Below are positions 11,001 through 20,268 of a stretch of DNA of 64,000 nt, piece after piece. The translations under genes were made by a program, and so were the position numbers. The notes under the pieces are model-generated. The model did not search any database. It was given only the letters and a program-made list of their open reading frames with translations, and was not told where the DNA came from. Source of the stretch: Polyangiales bacterium (GTDB taxonomy: Bacteria > Myxococcota_A > Polyangia > Polyangiales > Ga0077539); contig JBGARZ010000007.1 of NCBI GenBank assembly GCA_044229975.1, forward strand, positions 1 to 64,000. Reading direction: 5' to 3'. Numbering within the stretch: the first letter of the stretch is position 1; every line of letters starts with the position of its first letter.

Positions 11001-11699
11001 AAGGAGCAGCTGGTGCGCGGCGCGGTGGTGCGTGTGCTCGTGCGGGTCCCGACCCCCGAGGCGCGCGCGCTGCTCGTGGAGGCGTCGATGGACCCCTTCG
11101 AGGTGGTTCGGGTGGAGGTGCTGCGGGCGCTCACGTCGGAGGGGAGCGAAGAGCCCGCGGTGCTGTCGCGCTTCCGCCTCGACCCGTCGCCCGCGGTGCG
11201 GCGCTACCTCGCCGAGCGCGTCGCCACGCTGCCGACATCGCAGACGGGCGAGCTCTCGGAGCAGCTCCTCGACGACCCGGCCGTCGAGGTGCGGGGCGCG
11301 TCGCTGGTGAGCCTGCTGGTGCGCGGCGAAGCGTCGGGATTGCAGCGCTTCGTCGCGGCCTGGACGGCGACCTCGGCGGAGGTGCAGGAGGCCGCGCGGT
11401 CGGATGGTCGCGCGGCGGAGGCGGTCGATCGGCTCGCGGCGCGCCTGCTGACGGGGCGCGTGGCGAAGGAGCGGGAGACCATCGTGGAAGCGCTGGCGGT
11501 CTTCGCGGTGGGCGACCTCGACCGGCTGCTGCTCCCGGCGCTGCGCGATCCGTCGTCGGAGGTGCGGTCGGCCGCGGCGAAGGCGCTGTCGCACTCCGAC
11601 GACGCGGGGACGCGCGAGGCGGTGGCGGCGCTGGCGGATGATCCCGACCCGGTGGTGCGCGCGGCGGCGCAGGGGTCGCGGCTGCGGGTGGTGAAGTAG
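8040..11699 (+). CDS. Membrane-anchored giant HEAT-repeat protein (about 1219 aa)
   Basis: N-terminal TM helix, then many LxDPxxxVRxxAAxALG repeats; ATGA overlap with the receiver gene. Confidence 0.9.
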   Translation: MSAAALVTYIAILLVLMAAVPTLWVLVREGYGRFAARRALERLELARKVLEGGAGQSPDDIARRLRDGFDAATVERVMLLLLREADVERKQWAVKTFERLGLMERYVARVREAPTWSERAHAAEVLGLVGVPSAVPSLVAALRDPHEDVDSVKAAAATALARIHAEEAIPLLVAELRVSDAGSSPRVAEALTRFGSPAVAPLVELLRDEEHPQAAVWAARILGRIGDGVATTPLLERLYDRVDTVRMAATEALGVLGDRRATQALLRAALSDPMPQVRAHAAGAIGRMGAEASIDVLVAALADPDYGTRVRALEALEMIRPDDTGPLERSLRDENADVRKRAALALERVGYLTTCVEGLSSDDPAVARRAYAAMLELGRAGLADGVAAHLHHADFRVRSRVARMCGELGVPRFAAALAAAREDPSWPVRARVAEALGAMRAEDGTDALVALLADPEMAVRDAAAESLGQRDGKSLEPHFKELSRAYFRGSVSARLAVLKPVATFEAPEALELLQKALSDPNSAVRLSALELIASRNSAVAVQSLVDRLADPVNEVRLAAIDTLGRRGRRGRKDSVDALLGALSGASIDAKERITDALAFGGDDGKGDVLRERLDEFAASPDLELRICLCWTLGKQGDPAVLPHLFRSLRDPDARLRSSAAGAIGKIPGASSVKALLGAITDRDPRTRAAAVNGVGKIGPREDTVYDALEGRLQDPDSFVRNRAAIALGRVGGPRAELSLADCASGEQVEGSARVVAAALLGTEGGLSAVTGLLSDAAALTALGEFLSREDEALRREVLAKLCLDDLGGSAQTPVDQAAVVERYERILRTSQDPSSRRLAVEVLAQVQGDRGVEALADTLAIDPVESLRVHAARALAARRSLESARAALARGVADPCADVAIVAAKALGEAGDRRFTSALFRRLGLGSAAVQSEVEEALARLHRGATEDFIERMNAVTRPELTVACLRVLERIAEPALLPLLKGLLASKEQLVRGAVVRVLVRVPTPEARALLVEASMDPFEVVRVEVLRALTSEGSEEPAVLSRFRLDPSPAVRRYLAERVATLPTSQTGELSEQLLDDPAVEVRGASLVSLLVRGEASGLQRFVAAWTATSAEVQEAARSDGRAAEAVDRLAARLLTGRVAKERETIVEALAVFAVGDLDRLLLPALRDPSSEVRSAAAKALSHSDDAGTREAVAALADDPDPVVRAAAQGSRLRVVK

Positions 11700-11715
11700 T
11701 CGCCGGGCGCGACGG

Positions 11716-12252
11716 TCAGGCGTGCTTCGCCTGCGCCCGCGCGATGCCTTCGAGGATGAGTCGGCGGGCGTCGTCGACGCCGCCCCAGCGAAGGACCTTC
11801 ACCCACTTGCCGGGTTCGAGGTCTTTGTAGTGCTCGAAGAAGTGCTGGATCTGATCGAGCGTGATCTGCGGCAGGTCGGTGTAGCTCTGGACGGTCTCGT
11901 AGCGCCGGGTGATGCGGCTCGACGGCACCGCGATGATCTTCTCGTCGCCGCCCGCTTCGTCCTCCATGAGCAACACCCCGACGGGTCGCACGCTCATGAT
12001 GGCGCCGGGGACGATGGCGCGGGTGTTGGCCACGATGACGTCGCAGGGGTCGCCGTCCCCGGAGAGGGTGTGTGGGATGAACCCGTAGTTACCGGGGTAG
12101 CGCATGGACGTGTAGAGGAAGCGGTCGACGACGAGCGCGCCGGCCTCCTTGTCCATCTCGTACTTGATCGGCTCGCCCCCGATCGGAACCTCGATGATGA
12201 CATTGACCTCGTCGGGTGGATTCCGCCCGAGGGACACGGCGTCGATGCGCAT
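11716..12252 (-). CDS. ppa: Inorganic pyrophosphatase, family I
   Basis: [39 protein letters not shown]. Confidence 0.97.
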   Translation of the reverse strand: MRIDAVSLGRNPPDEVNVIIEVPIGGEPIKYEMDKEAGALVVDRFLYTSMRYPGNYGFIPHTLSGDGDPCDVIVANTRAIVPGAIMSVRPVGVLLMEDEAGGDEKIIAVPSSRITRRYETVQSYTDLPQITLDQIQHFFEHYKDLEPGKWVKVLRWGGVDDARRLILEGIARAQAKHA

Positions 12253-12473
12253 GGCGGACTCTACTCGCTGATCCGCGCGGCCCTGGCAATCGCTCCGCAG
12301 GCCCATGGGTGAAAGCCGTGGCTTGCAACGCTGCAACGTTGATGGCGTCGCGGCGCGCGGGACGTGAGGAAATCCCGTCGAACACTCCATGGCACGCGTC
12401 CTGCGATGTACTCCTGCGAGCGGCGGCGCCGGCGTCTCCCCCCAACGCCAACGGTGACCGCTGCTAAGTATTT

Positions 12474-12513
12474 CATCGAGGTCGGTCATCCAGAGTGGTG
12501 ACCGACCTCGATG
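12474..12513. promoter_or_regulatory. Perfect 15-bp inverted repeat (operator or hairpin) between divergent ppa and methyltransferase
   Basis: CATCGAGGTCGGTCA 12474-12488 / TGACCGACCTCGATG 12499-12513. Confidence 0.55.
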
Positions 12514-12546
12514 TGTTTGTGGCTTCCGCATAGTCTCGGCGCCCTC

Positions 12547-13488
12547 ATGGGCAACGAGTTCAGCGGGCAGGCGGGGCACTCGGCGGACTACTTCGGCGAC
12601 AGCCGCGACTACTGGTGGAACCGCGACTACCTCGCGCTCCTCGCCGCGCGGTGGCGCCTCGCGGAGGTGCGCGACGCGCTCGACGTCGGCTGCGGCGTCG
12701 GGCACTGGGGCATGCTGCTGGGCGAGCAGCTCTCGGCGACCGCGCGGCTGACGGGCGTCGATCGCGAGGCGCAGTGGGTCGCGAAGGCGGCCGAGCGCGC
12801 GGCGGCGCGGGGACTGGCCGATCGCTATCGCTACGTGCAGGGGACCGCAGAGGCGCTGCCCTTCGCGGACGCGAGCTTCGACCTGGTGACGTGCCAGACG
12901 GTGCTCATCCACGTGGCTGATCCGCGGGCGGTGCTGGCGGAGATGGTGCGCGTGCTGCGACCGGGCGGGTTGCTCGCGGTGTGCGAGCCCAACAACCTGA
13001 CCAACGCGCTGATGAGCGACGTGACGACCTTCGCCGGGCCGGTCGATGAGTTGATGGCGCTGCTGCGATTGCAGATGGTGTGCGAGCGCGGCAAGACGGC
13101 GCTGGGGGAAGGCGACAACTCCATCGGGCAGCAGCTCCCGGCGATGGTGGGCGAGCTGGGGTTGTCGGAGATGCGGGTGTCAATGAACGACCGCGCGAGC
13201 CCGATGGTGGCGCCGTACGCGGAGCCGTGGGCGCGGGCGTGGGCCGAGGAGATGGTGGACTTCGCCGAGCGCGAGCACGGGCTGTGGGACCACGCGACGA
13301 CGCGCCGGTACTACCTCGCGGGCGGCGGCGCCGAGGCGGACTTCGGGCGGGCGTGGTCGCTGGCGCTGGGGCAGGTTCGGCGGGCGGCGGACGAGGTGCG
13401 CGCGGGCACGTACCGGATGGCGGGCGGCGCGGTGACGTACTGCGTGTCGGGGCGCAAGCCGCGAGGCATCGCGAACGATGGAGGGTGA
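12547..13488 (+). CDS. Class I SAM-dependent methyltransferase
   Basis: [34 protein letters not shown]. Confidence 0.9.
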   Translation: MGNEFSGQAGHSADYFGDSRDYWWNRDYLALLAARWRLAEVRDALDVGCGVGHWGMLLGEQLSATARLTGVDREAQWVAKAAERAAARGLADRYRYVQGTAEALPFADASFDLVTCQTVLIHVADPRAVLAEMVRVLRPGGLLAVCEPNNLTNALMSDVTTFAGPVDELMALLRLQMVCERGKTALGEGDNSIGQQLPAMVGELGLSEMRVSMNDRASPMVAPYAEPWARAWAEEMVDFAEREHGLWDHATTRRYYLAGGGAEADFGRAWSLALGQVRRAADEVRAGTYRMAGGAVTYCVSGRKPRGIANDGG

Positions 13489-13489
13489 G

Positions 13490-13846
13490 ATGACGCTGAT
13501 CGAGCGCGTGGTGTGGGGAGAGATCGTCGTCTCGTCATTGGGCACCTTCAAGGACGTGAAGCTCTGGCCAGGCGGCGGCCGCGGGTGGGACTGGAACGAG
13601 ACCGGAACGCGCCACGCTCCGGGCATCCAGCCCGCCGACGCGCAGGAGCTGCTCGACCACGGCAGCGACATCATCGTGCTCAGCCGCGGCATGGACCTCG
13701 TGCTCCAGACGTGTCCCGAGACGCTGAGCCTGCTCGGTGAGCGCGGGGTTCGCGTCGAGGTGTTGGAGACGCGCGCGGCGGTCGCCCGCTACAACGAGCT
13801 CGCTCGCAGCGAGCGCGTCGGCGGACTCTTCCACTCGACCTGCTGA
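13490..13846 (+). CDS. Mth938-like (DUF498/AAMDC-like) protein
   Basis: FKDVKLWPGGGRGWDWNETGTRH, C-terminal GGLFHSTC. Confidence 0.88.
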   Translation: MTLIERVVWGEIVVSSLGTFKDVKLWPGGGRGWDWNETGTRHAPGIQPADAQELLDHGSDIIVLSRGMDLVLQTCPETLSLLGERGVRVEVLETRAAVARYNELARSERVGGLFHSTC

Positions 13847-13871
13847 GGCGAGTCGGTCACTCGGTTTCTGG

Positions 13872-14798
13872 TCACCTGCTCAGGAAGTCACCCATCTCCG
13901 CCACGAAGCGCTCCGTCGCGTCCACGTGCGCGAAGTGCGACGCATCCGTCAGCCACACCATCTCCGCCGTCGGCAGCAGCGCGTGCAGCCGCCGCCCGAC
14001 CACCGCGGGCACCATCGGGTCGCGCTCCGCGTACACCAGCCGCAACGGAACCGGAAACCGCCCACCCATCCCGCGCAGCCGCCGCTCGAACTCGCGCATC
14101 GCGCCGGCATCCATCGTGTCCCCGAGGTTGCGCGCGAAGGCCCGCACGCCCTCCGGTGTCTTCAACGGCGTCGCGTACTCGCGGTGCTCCTCGCGCGACT
14201 TCAGCGTCTCGTCCCAGTAGTGGACGTTGCGGTGCACCCACCGCTCGGGGTCGATGTTCACCAGCGCGCGCACGATGGCCTCCGGCTTCGGCAGCACCCG
14301 CCACGCCGCCGAGAGCGCGACGTTGCGCGGCGTGACGAGACCCGGTGAGTGCAGGTTGACCAGTCGACTCATCGCGCTCGGGTCGCGCAGCGCGAGTCGC
14401 ATGCAGAGGTATCCGCCCATGGAGTTGCCGACCACGGGGCAGCCCGCGATGCCGAGCGCGCGCATCGTCGCGCCGATGCTCTCGGCGAGGTCGTCGGGGT
14501 GATAGCGGACGTCGGGCTTGTCCGACCGACCGCTGCCCACGAGGTCGGGCATGTAGAGCGTGAAGCGCTCGCCCAGCAGCGGGAGCACATAGCGCCACGA
14601 GTACGACGTGGTCATCAGCCCGTGCACCAGCAGCAGCGGCGGACCGCTGCCGAAGACGCGCACCGAGACGTCGAGCGCACCCCAGGCGGGCGTCTCGATG
14701 CGAACCGAGCGCCGCGCGGACTCCCAGAAGCGATGAGGGAGTCGCGGCAGCTCGGGGACGTCCGCGAAGGGGAGCGGGGAGAAGGGAGCGCGGTTCAT
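13872..14798 (-). CDS. Alpha/beta hydrolase
   Basis: LLLVHGL, DLVGSGRS, GNSMGG, ASHFAH. Confidence 0.9.
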   Translation of the reverse strand: MNRAPFSPLPFADVPELPRLPHRFWESARRSVRIETPAWGALDVSVRVFGSGPPLLLVHGLMTTSYSWRYVLPLLGERFTLYMPDLVGSGRSDKPDVRYHPDDLAESIGATMRALGIAGCPVVGNSMGGYLCMRLALRDPSAMSRLVNLHSPGLVTPRNVALSAAWRVLPKPEAIVRALVNIDPERWVHRNVHYWDETLKSREEHREYATPLKTPEGVRAFARNLGDTMDAGAMREFERRLRGMGGRFPVPLRLVYAERDPMVPAVVGRRLHALLPTAEMVWLTDASHFAHVDATERFVAEMGDFLSR

Positions 14799-14838
14799 GG
14801 GGCAGCCGAAGCTACACCGCGTCGTCGTGCTCTCGGCG

Positions 14839-15396
14839 CTACGGACGTCTGCCCATCTGCACCGACGGGCCCGCGTTGGTGTTGCCCACCGTCACCGCAG
14901 TGCCCGTCAGCGTCGGCGTCGCGACCCTCGGCTCGGGCCGCCCGAAGCGGTATGGCACCCGCGCGTGCACGCCCGCTCCCGGGCTCTGCGCGTCCACCAC
15001 CAGCACGAGGTCACCATCGGGAACTGCCCCCACGCTGAACTCCATCTCGGTCTCGTGAACGCTCCCAGCGCGCGCGGGCGCCACCGTGTACTGCCGCGGC
15101 CCGCGGGTCTGCGCGACGCCGTCGGGTGTCTCGATCCACACGCGGAGGGGAAGACCCAACCGACCCGGTTGTTCGATGCGCGCGACGAGCACGAGCCGAT
15201 CACCCTGACCGCGCCCGGTCACCACGCTCGGCTCTGCGCGGGTCAACCAGCGCGCCACCACGGGGACGGCGGAGTGGCGTTGCTCAGTCGTACTCGACGG
15301 CTCGGCCGCGCTGCGCGGAGTCGCCGCGGGCGTGTTGCAGGCCGTCAGAAGGGCCGCGAGTACGAAGACACGACGAAGCGTCACGGGAGCCTTCAT
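14839..15396 (-). CDS. Hypothetical lipoprotein
   Basis: Lipobox LTAC; ATGA overlap with the upstream gene stop. Confidence 0.65.
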   Translation of the reverse strand: MKAPVTLRRVFVLAALLTACNTPAATPRSAAEPSSTTEQRHSAVPVVARWLTRAEPSVVTGRGQGDRLVLVARIEQPGRLGLPLRVWIETPDGVAQTRGPRQYTVAPARAGSVHETEMEFSVGAVPDGDLVLVVDAQSPGAGVHARVPYRFGRPEPRVATPTLTGTAVTVGNTNAGPSVQMGRRP

Positions 15397-17015
15397 GGGC
15401 ATGGGGTGTCGCCGCGCGGGGCGCAGGTGGATGGGCGCATCCCGGCGGTGCACCAGGGGGAGTCGACGGGGTAGGGGTACGACCCGACGGCGGCCCGCAG
15501 CCGGGCGCGGTCGAAGCCGGCGCAGCTCATGGCGTCAAGCTGGTCGGCGAGGTGCGGCGCCGGGAGGCCGAGGTGCTCACACACGCCCGTCAACGGCGGC
15601 CCCGCCTCCGGGAGCATGAACTCATGGCGGTTGTAACAGCGCCCATACGGCGCGCGGGTCATGCGCTCGGACGCCAGCGCCTGGTAGATCGGGAGCGCGG
15701 AGCCGCCGCGCAGCGCCCACAAAATGGCCGACACCTCGGTCTCGCTCAGAAGCTGCTGGAGACCGCCCATCGCGCTCGGCAGCGTCCACGGGTCCCAGGC
15801 CTGCGTGCGCGTCGCGATGTCGTACCAGAACATCGTTCCCGACTGCTTGCTGGCGCTGATGGGGTCGTCGCGGAGGTCGCTGCCGAAGAAGGTCGCGAAG
15901 CCCTCCGACCAGGCCTGCCCGGGGAAGGTCGGCACGCCGATCTGATGGCTTCCGTTTTCGTGGGGCGACTGCCCGTGGCTCTCCATCACCCAGTGCCCGA
16001 GCTCGTGGCTCGAGATCGAGTCCGACCAGTAGCTCTCGTCGGCGCCGCCCGCGTACCAGATCTGCGCCTCGAAGCGCGCGCCGAAGCCCCGCACCGCGAC
16101 GGTGTCGAAGCACGCCCCGCAGTCCCAGCGGTTGTCGAGCCCGACCCACGCCATGAGTCGCAGACCCGAGCGCCCGAAGGTCGCGCGGCCGCTCGTCGCC
16201 GCGTGCTGCACATGCTCGAAGACGCGCGCTGCGCCCGACCCGTCGGCCGTCGCGATGTGCAGCGTCGGCGTGAGGTCGGCGACGCGCCAGCGCCAGCTCC
16301 AGATGCGCGCCGCCGCGGGAACGGTCTCGCCCGCCGCGGTCTCGCGGATGTCGTGCTCGCCCGCCGAGAGACCCGGATCACCCACGGCGTAGAGCACTCC
16401 GCCCGCCGTCGGATCGCGGCCGAGGGCGAGCACCGTCACCGTGTCATCCGCCATCGCCGTCTCCGGGACGTCGATGGTGAAGCGCCCCATCGCATCGGTC
16501 ACCGCCGACTGGATGAGGGCGCTCGCACGCTGGGACAGCACCATGAACCCGACGCCGGGGTACGTGCGCGCCGTGTCCCAGTCGGTGCGCCTCGCGTTGG
16601 GCGGACGCGCCGCGTAGGTGAGCTGCCCCGCGAAGGTGCGAACAGGCACCGCGAGGGTGCAGGTCGCCGCGAGCCCGGTGTCCTCGCAGCGGGTCGGACA
16701 CGTCGAGGTGACCCACCGCCCGCCGGTGCAGGTGCGCAGGTGCGTCGCGTCGGAGCAACGCGTCTCGCCCGCGTTGCACTCCTCCAACAAGGGCGGTGCG
16801 TCGGGTGCGATCACGTCGACCGTCGATGAACCGAGGTCGCTGCCGAGGTCGAGTGGTGCGACGGAGACGTCAACGCGGTCGGTCGGGCTCGACGCGTCGA
16901 TCGCGCCGTCCGTGACCGAGCCGGGGTCCGTGAGGACGGGCGGGCGGCCCTTGTCCGAGCACCCCGCGGTGGTGGTTGCGACGACGAGCAGTGCGCCGAG
17001 CCACGCGGCGTTCAT
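15393..17015 (-). CDS. Lipoprotein with a Cys-rich segment and zinc metalloprotease motif
   Basis: Lipobox TAGC; HELGH followed by AWSEGFATF. Confidence 0.75.
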   Translation of the reverse strand: MNAAWLGALLVVATTTAGCSDKGRPPVLTDPGSVTDGAIDASSPTDRVDVSVAPLDLGSDLGSSTVDVIAPDAPPLLEECNAGETRCSDATHLRTCTGGRWVTSTCPTRCEDTGLAATCTLAVPVRTFAGQLTYAARPPNARRTDWDTARTYPGVGFMVLSQRASALIQSAVTDAMGRFTIDVPETAMADDTVTVLALGRDPTAGGVLYAVGDPGLSAGEHDIRETAAGETVPAAARIWSWRWRVADLTPTLHIATADGSGAARVFEHVQHAATSGRATFGRSGLRLMAWVGLDNRWDCGACFDTVAVRGFGARFEAQIWYAGGADESYWSDSISSHELGHWVMESHGQSPHENGSHQIGVPTFPGQAWSEGFATFFGSDLRDDPISASKQSGTMFWYDIATRTQAWDPWTLPSAMGGLQQLLSETEVSAILWALRGGSALPIYQALASERMTRAPYGRCYNRHEFMLPEAGPPLTGVCEHLGLPAPHLADQLDAMSCAGFDRARLRAAVGSYPYPVDSPWCTAGMRPSTCAPRGDTPCP

Positions 17016-17032
17016 GGAAGGGCAGTGGCGAG

Positions 17033-17926
17033 CTACGCGCCCGCGGTCCGCTCGGGGCGGTGGATGTTGGTGCCTGCCGCGAGGCAGCGGCGCGTGCCCT
17101 CGTTGGTGTGCTTCGACACCAGGTCGAACCACCCCATGCCGGGGAGCTTCGCGACGGTCTCGTCGGTCTCCGTCAATCGCGCACGGCCCGCCTCGTCGCC
17201 GAAGAGGTACGCCCCCACGAAGTCGCGGTCTTCGGTCGGGGCCATGGACCCGCCGACGGGCTCCCACAGCGCCTTGAGGGCCATGGTGGCCATGCGCCGC
17301 GCGAGCTCCGAGTGCTGCAACCGCCGCTTGCCCTGCTGGTAATAGAACGCGAAGTGCCGCCGCTCGTCCTTCACGATGCGCCGCGCCACCGCGTCGACGA
17401 TGGGGTTGGCCGACAGCTCGGCGAGCCGCGTGTACGCGTGGATGGCCGTGAGCTCGTTGATGGCGCCCCAGGTCATGTGCGTCGCGAGGAAGTCCTTCGA
17501 CAGCATCGACAGGAACCGTCCGCCGAAGTCCTGCACCACCTCGGTCATCTTGCGGGGCCGCGCGAACTCGTCGATGGAGCGCCGCGACGGCTCGTGGCCG
17601 CACACCTCCACGATGCGCGCGAGGGCGCGGCCGTGGAAGCACTCCTCGTAGCCCCAGCACACCATGAACGCGCGGGCCTCGTTGTCGGCGAGGGCGTGCG
17701 TCTCCATGAGCGCCTTCATGTAATGGACGGTGTAGAGCTCGGTGTCCTGCATGTAGCGGATGACGCGCACCTCGCTCGGGGAGAGCGGGTAGTTGGCGGC
17801 GTCTTCGATGCGGATGCCCGAGAGGTCGAGCGGGCGCGAAGCCTGGATGAACTTCTCGATGTTGAAGGCCGGCACCTCCTCGAAGGAGCGCTTGTCGGGT
17901 GCCTGGGAGGGTGTCGCGGTGGTCAT
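17033..17926 (-). CDS. Ferritin-like diiron protein (acyl-ACP desaturase-like)
   Basis: DTE...EECFH and EL...DERRH diiron ligand pattern. Confidence 0.78.
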   Translation of the reverse strand: MTTATPSQAPDKRSFEEVPAFNIEKFIQASRPLDLSGIRIEDAANYPLSPSEVRVIRYMQDTELYTVHYMKALMETHALADNEARAFMVCWGYEECFHGRALARIVEVCGHEPSRRSIDEFARPRKMTEVVQDFGGRFLSMLSKDFLATHMTWGAINELTAIHAYTRLAELSANPIVDAVARRIVKDERRHFAFYYQQGKRRLQHSELARRMATMALKALWEPVGGSMAPTEDRDFVGAYLFGDEAGRARLTETDETVAKLPGMGWFDLVSKHTNEGTRRCLAAGTNIHRPERTAGA

Positions 17927-17937
17927 GGCGTCGCCTA

Positions 17938-19137
17938 CTACGGTTTCGGGGGGCTGTGTGGATGGGACGGGACGATGCCTTCTTGCGCGAGCTGGTTCTC
18001 CTCGGCCTCTCTCGCCCTGCGTTCGAGCACGTCGGTGCCGAGGTAGCGGAAGACGTACACCCCGCCGACGAACATGCACAGGAAGAGCGCCAGCACGCGC
18101 CAGAGCACGGTGTACGGCAGCACATACGACGCCGGAACCCACGGCGACATGAGGGTGTTGGACCCGACCTCGGCGATGCCCGACGCGCCCGGCGTGGGCG
18201 ACAGGTAGAGCGCGAAGTTGAGCAGGGTCTGCACCGTGATGACCTGCACGAAGGGCGGTCCGACGGCGACGAAATGCTGCGGCGTGGTGCTGAGCCCGAG
18301 GCCCTTCAACACAAAGAACGCCACGGAGAACCGCGCCCAGAAGAAGGCCACGGTGAGCGCGAAGGCGAGGGCGACCGACCCCTTGGCCCGCTGGAGATAG
18401 ACGTTGAAGCCCTCGTGCACGCGGTCGACGGCACGTTGCAGCCGCTCACCCAGGACGCCCGGCTGGAGCGACGGGTTGTCGCGCAGCTTGCCGAGGCCGG
18501 GGACGCGCGCGAGGCCGAGACGGACGACGTGCCACGGAGGCCCGAACACCCGCGCTCCACCGCGAAACACCGACTTGAGCAGCGGCGGGTGCACCACGCA
18601 GAGGATGAGCGCGAGCAGCGCGCTGCCGAAGACCACGGTGGAGAAGCCGACGAGCCAGTCGAGGCCCGCGGCGCCCGGGACGACGAGCCAGCCGCAGGCG
18701 CGCAGCGTGAGGACGGCGGCGGCGGACAGGAGGAAGAAGAGCAGGGTGCAGAAGGCGGTGAGGAGTTCGGCGGTGGCGATGGCGTCGAAGGGCATGCCGC
18801 CCTCGACGAGCGTGGCGACCTGCGCGACGGGGGCGCCAAGCTGCCCCGGCGTGACGCCCGCGACGAACATCAGCACGAACTCCGACGACACCGCGGTGCG
18901 CCAGGTGAGCTGCGGGCAGAGCACCCGACCGAGGACGAACATGCGCGTGCCGCCGCAGACTCCCTCTTGCAGCGCGAAGACCACGGCGAGCGCGAGCCAG
19001 CCGGGGTGCAGGTGGGAGAAGCCCTCGGCCAGGTCGGCGCGCTTCTGCGTGACGGCGTTCCACATCACGAACGCGAACGAACCGAGGGTCAGGACGATGA
19101 TGAGTTGGATGCCTCGGACGAGGGCGGCGCGGTTCAC
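17938..19137 (-). CDS. UPF0104 / lysylphosphatidylglycerol-synthase TM (flippase-like) protein
   Basis: Multi-TM; VTPGQLGA, SPTPGASGIAE, LWR. Confidence 0.82.
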   Translation of the reverse strand: MNRAALVRGIQLIIVLTLGSFAFVMWNAVTQKRADLAEGFSHLHPGWLALAVVFALQEGVCGGTRMFVLGRVLCPQLTWRTAVSSEFVLMFVAGVTPGQLGAPVAQVATLVEGGMPFDAIATAELLTAFCTLLFFLLSAAAVLTLRACGWLVVPGAAGLDWLVGFSTVVFGSALLALILCVVHPPLLKSVFRGGARVFGPPWHVVRLGLARVPGLGKLRDNPSLQPGVLGERLQRAVDRVHEGFNVYLQRAKGSVALAFALTVAFFWARFSVAFFVLKGLGLSTTPQHFVAVGPPFVQVITVQTLLNFALYLSPTPGASGIAEVGSNTLMSPWVPASYVLPYTVLWRVLALFLCMFVGGVYVFRYLGTDVLERRAREAEENQLAQEGIVPSHPHSPPKP

Positions 19138-19167
19138 CGGAGGGTCAAGCGGGGTGACGCGAGGGCG

Positions 19168-20172
19168 TCAGGGTTCGAGGCGCTGGAGGCAGGCGAAGCC
19201 GGCGCGGACGTTGCGCATGGACGACAGCGCGAGCACCGTGACCACGACGGCCGAGAGGCCCGAGGTGACCGAGGTGTCGAGCCGCACACCCACGGCGCTC
19301 AGCGCGGGGATGACGCCGACCACGAGGGCCGTCACGGCGAGCACGGGGTCGACCGCGGGGCGCTCGTTGCGGAGGCGGAGCGAGAGCATGCGGGCGCCGA
19401 AGTACAGGTTGACGCCCATGGCGAGGGCGACGGCGCAGAGGGTCGAGATGTCGCCGCGAACGCCCGCGAAGCCGATGGCGGCCTGGGCCGCGAGGAAGAC
19501 CAGCGCCGGGGCGATGGGGCGGTTGGCGGCGGCGACGCGCTGGAGCCCGCGCACCTTGCCGAAGAGGATGGTGGCGATGGGCCACAGGTGCAGCGCCTGC
19601 CAGAGCGTGACGGGACCGAGGTGGATGTGCCGGAAGAACTCGGGGCCGTAGAACGCCGAGATGCTCAGCACGACGGTCATCACCGCGACGGATTCGATCT
19701 GGCTGAGGAGCCCGGTGCGGAAGACGCCGGTCTCGGTCTGCTCCCAGCAGGTGACCGACGCGGCGCCCGGGATGAGCAGCGCGAGCAGCACCGCGTACTC
19801 GGGCGACGAGCCGAGCGCGTAGATGGTGACGATGGAGATGTACGTGGTGTTGAGGAGGTCGAGGCCGTGGTCGAGAAACTCGCCCGTCGCGCTCGACTGC
19901 CGCGTGCGCCGGGCGTGCGAGCCGTCGGCGTTGTCACACCAGTTGTAGGCGTGCACCATCAGTAGCGCGGCGATGAAGGCCCAGCCGCGCCGCGGGTTGG
20001 TCGCGACGAGCAGCGCCGCCGCGCCGAGACAGAGCAGGTGCCCCGTGTGGGTGATGCTGTTGGGATGCACCCGCGCCGGGATGAACGGCAGGGTGGGCTC
20101 GACCAGCCACCGCTTGTAGTACGGCAGGAGAATCGAACGGTCGTCGGCCTGGTAGACAGGTGCGTCAGACAT
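19168..20172 (-). CDS. CDP-alcohol phosphatidyltransferase, resembling CEPT/EPT-type enzymes
   Basis: PNSIT; signature DNADGSHARRTRQSSATGEFLDHGLD. Confidence 0.9.
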   Translation of the reverse strand: MSDAPVYQADDRSILLPYYKRWLVEPTLPFIPARVHPNSITHTGHLLCLGAAALLVATNPRRGWAFIAALLMVHAYNWCDNADGSHARRTRQSSATGEFLDHGLDLLNTTYISIVTIYALGSSPEYAVLLALLIPGAASVTCWEQTETGVFRTGLLSQIESVAVMTVVLSISAFYGPEFFRHIHLGPVTLWQALHLWPIATILFGKVRGLQRVAAANRPIAPALVFLAAQAAIGFAGVRGDISTLCAVALAMGVNLYFGARMLSLRLRNERPAVDPVLAVTALVVGVIPALSAVGVRLDTSVTSGLSAVVVTVLALSSMRNVRAGFACLQRLEP

Positions 20173-20268
20173 CGTCGCGGAGGATGCAACCACTCCCCGC
20201 CGTCGTGCAAATGAGGCGCAAGCCCGAATCCGCGTGCGGCCCGGCGGTGGCGCCGTGCGCGAAGGTCG

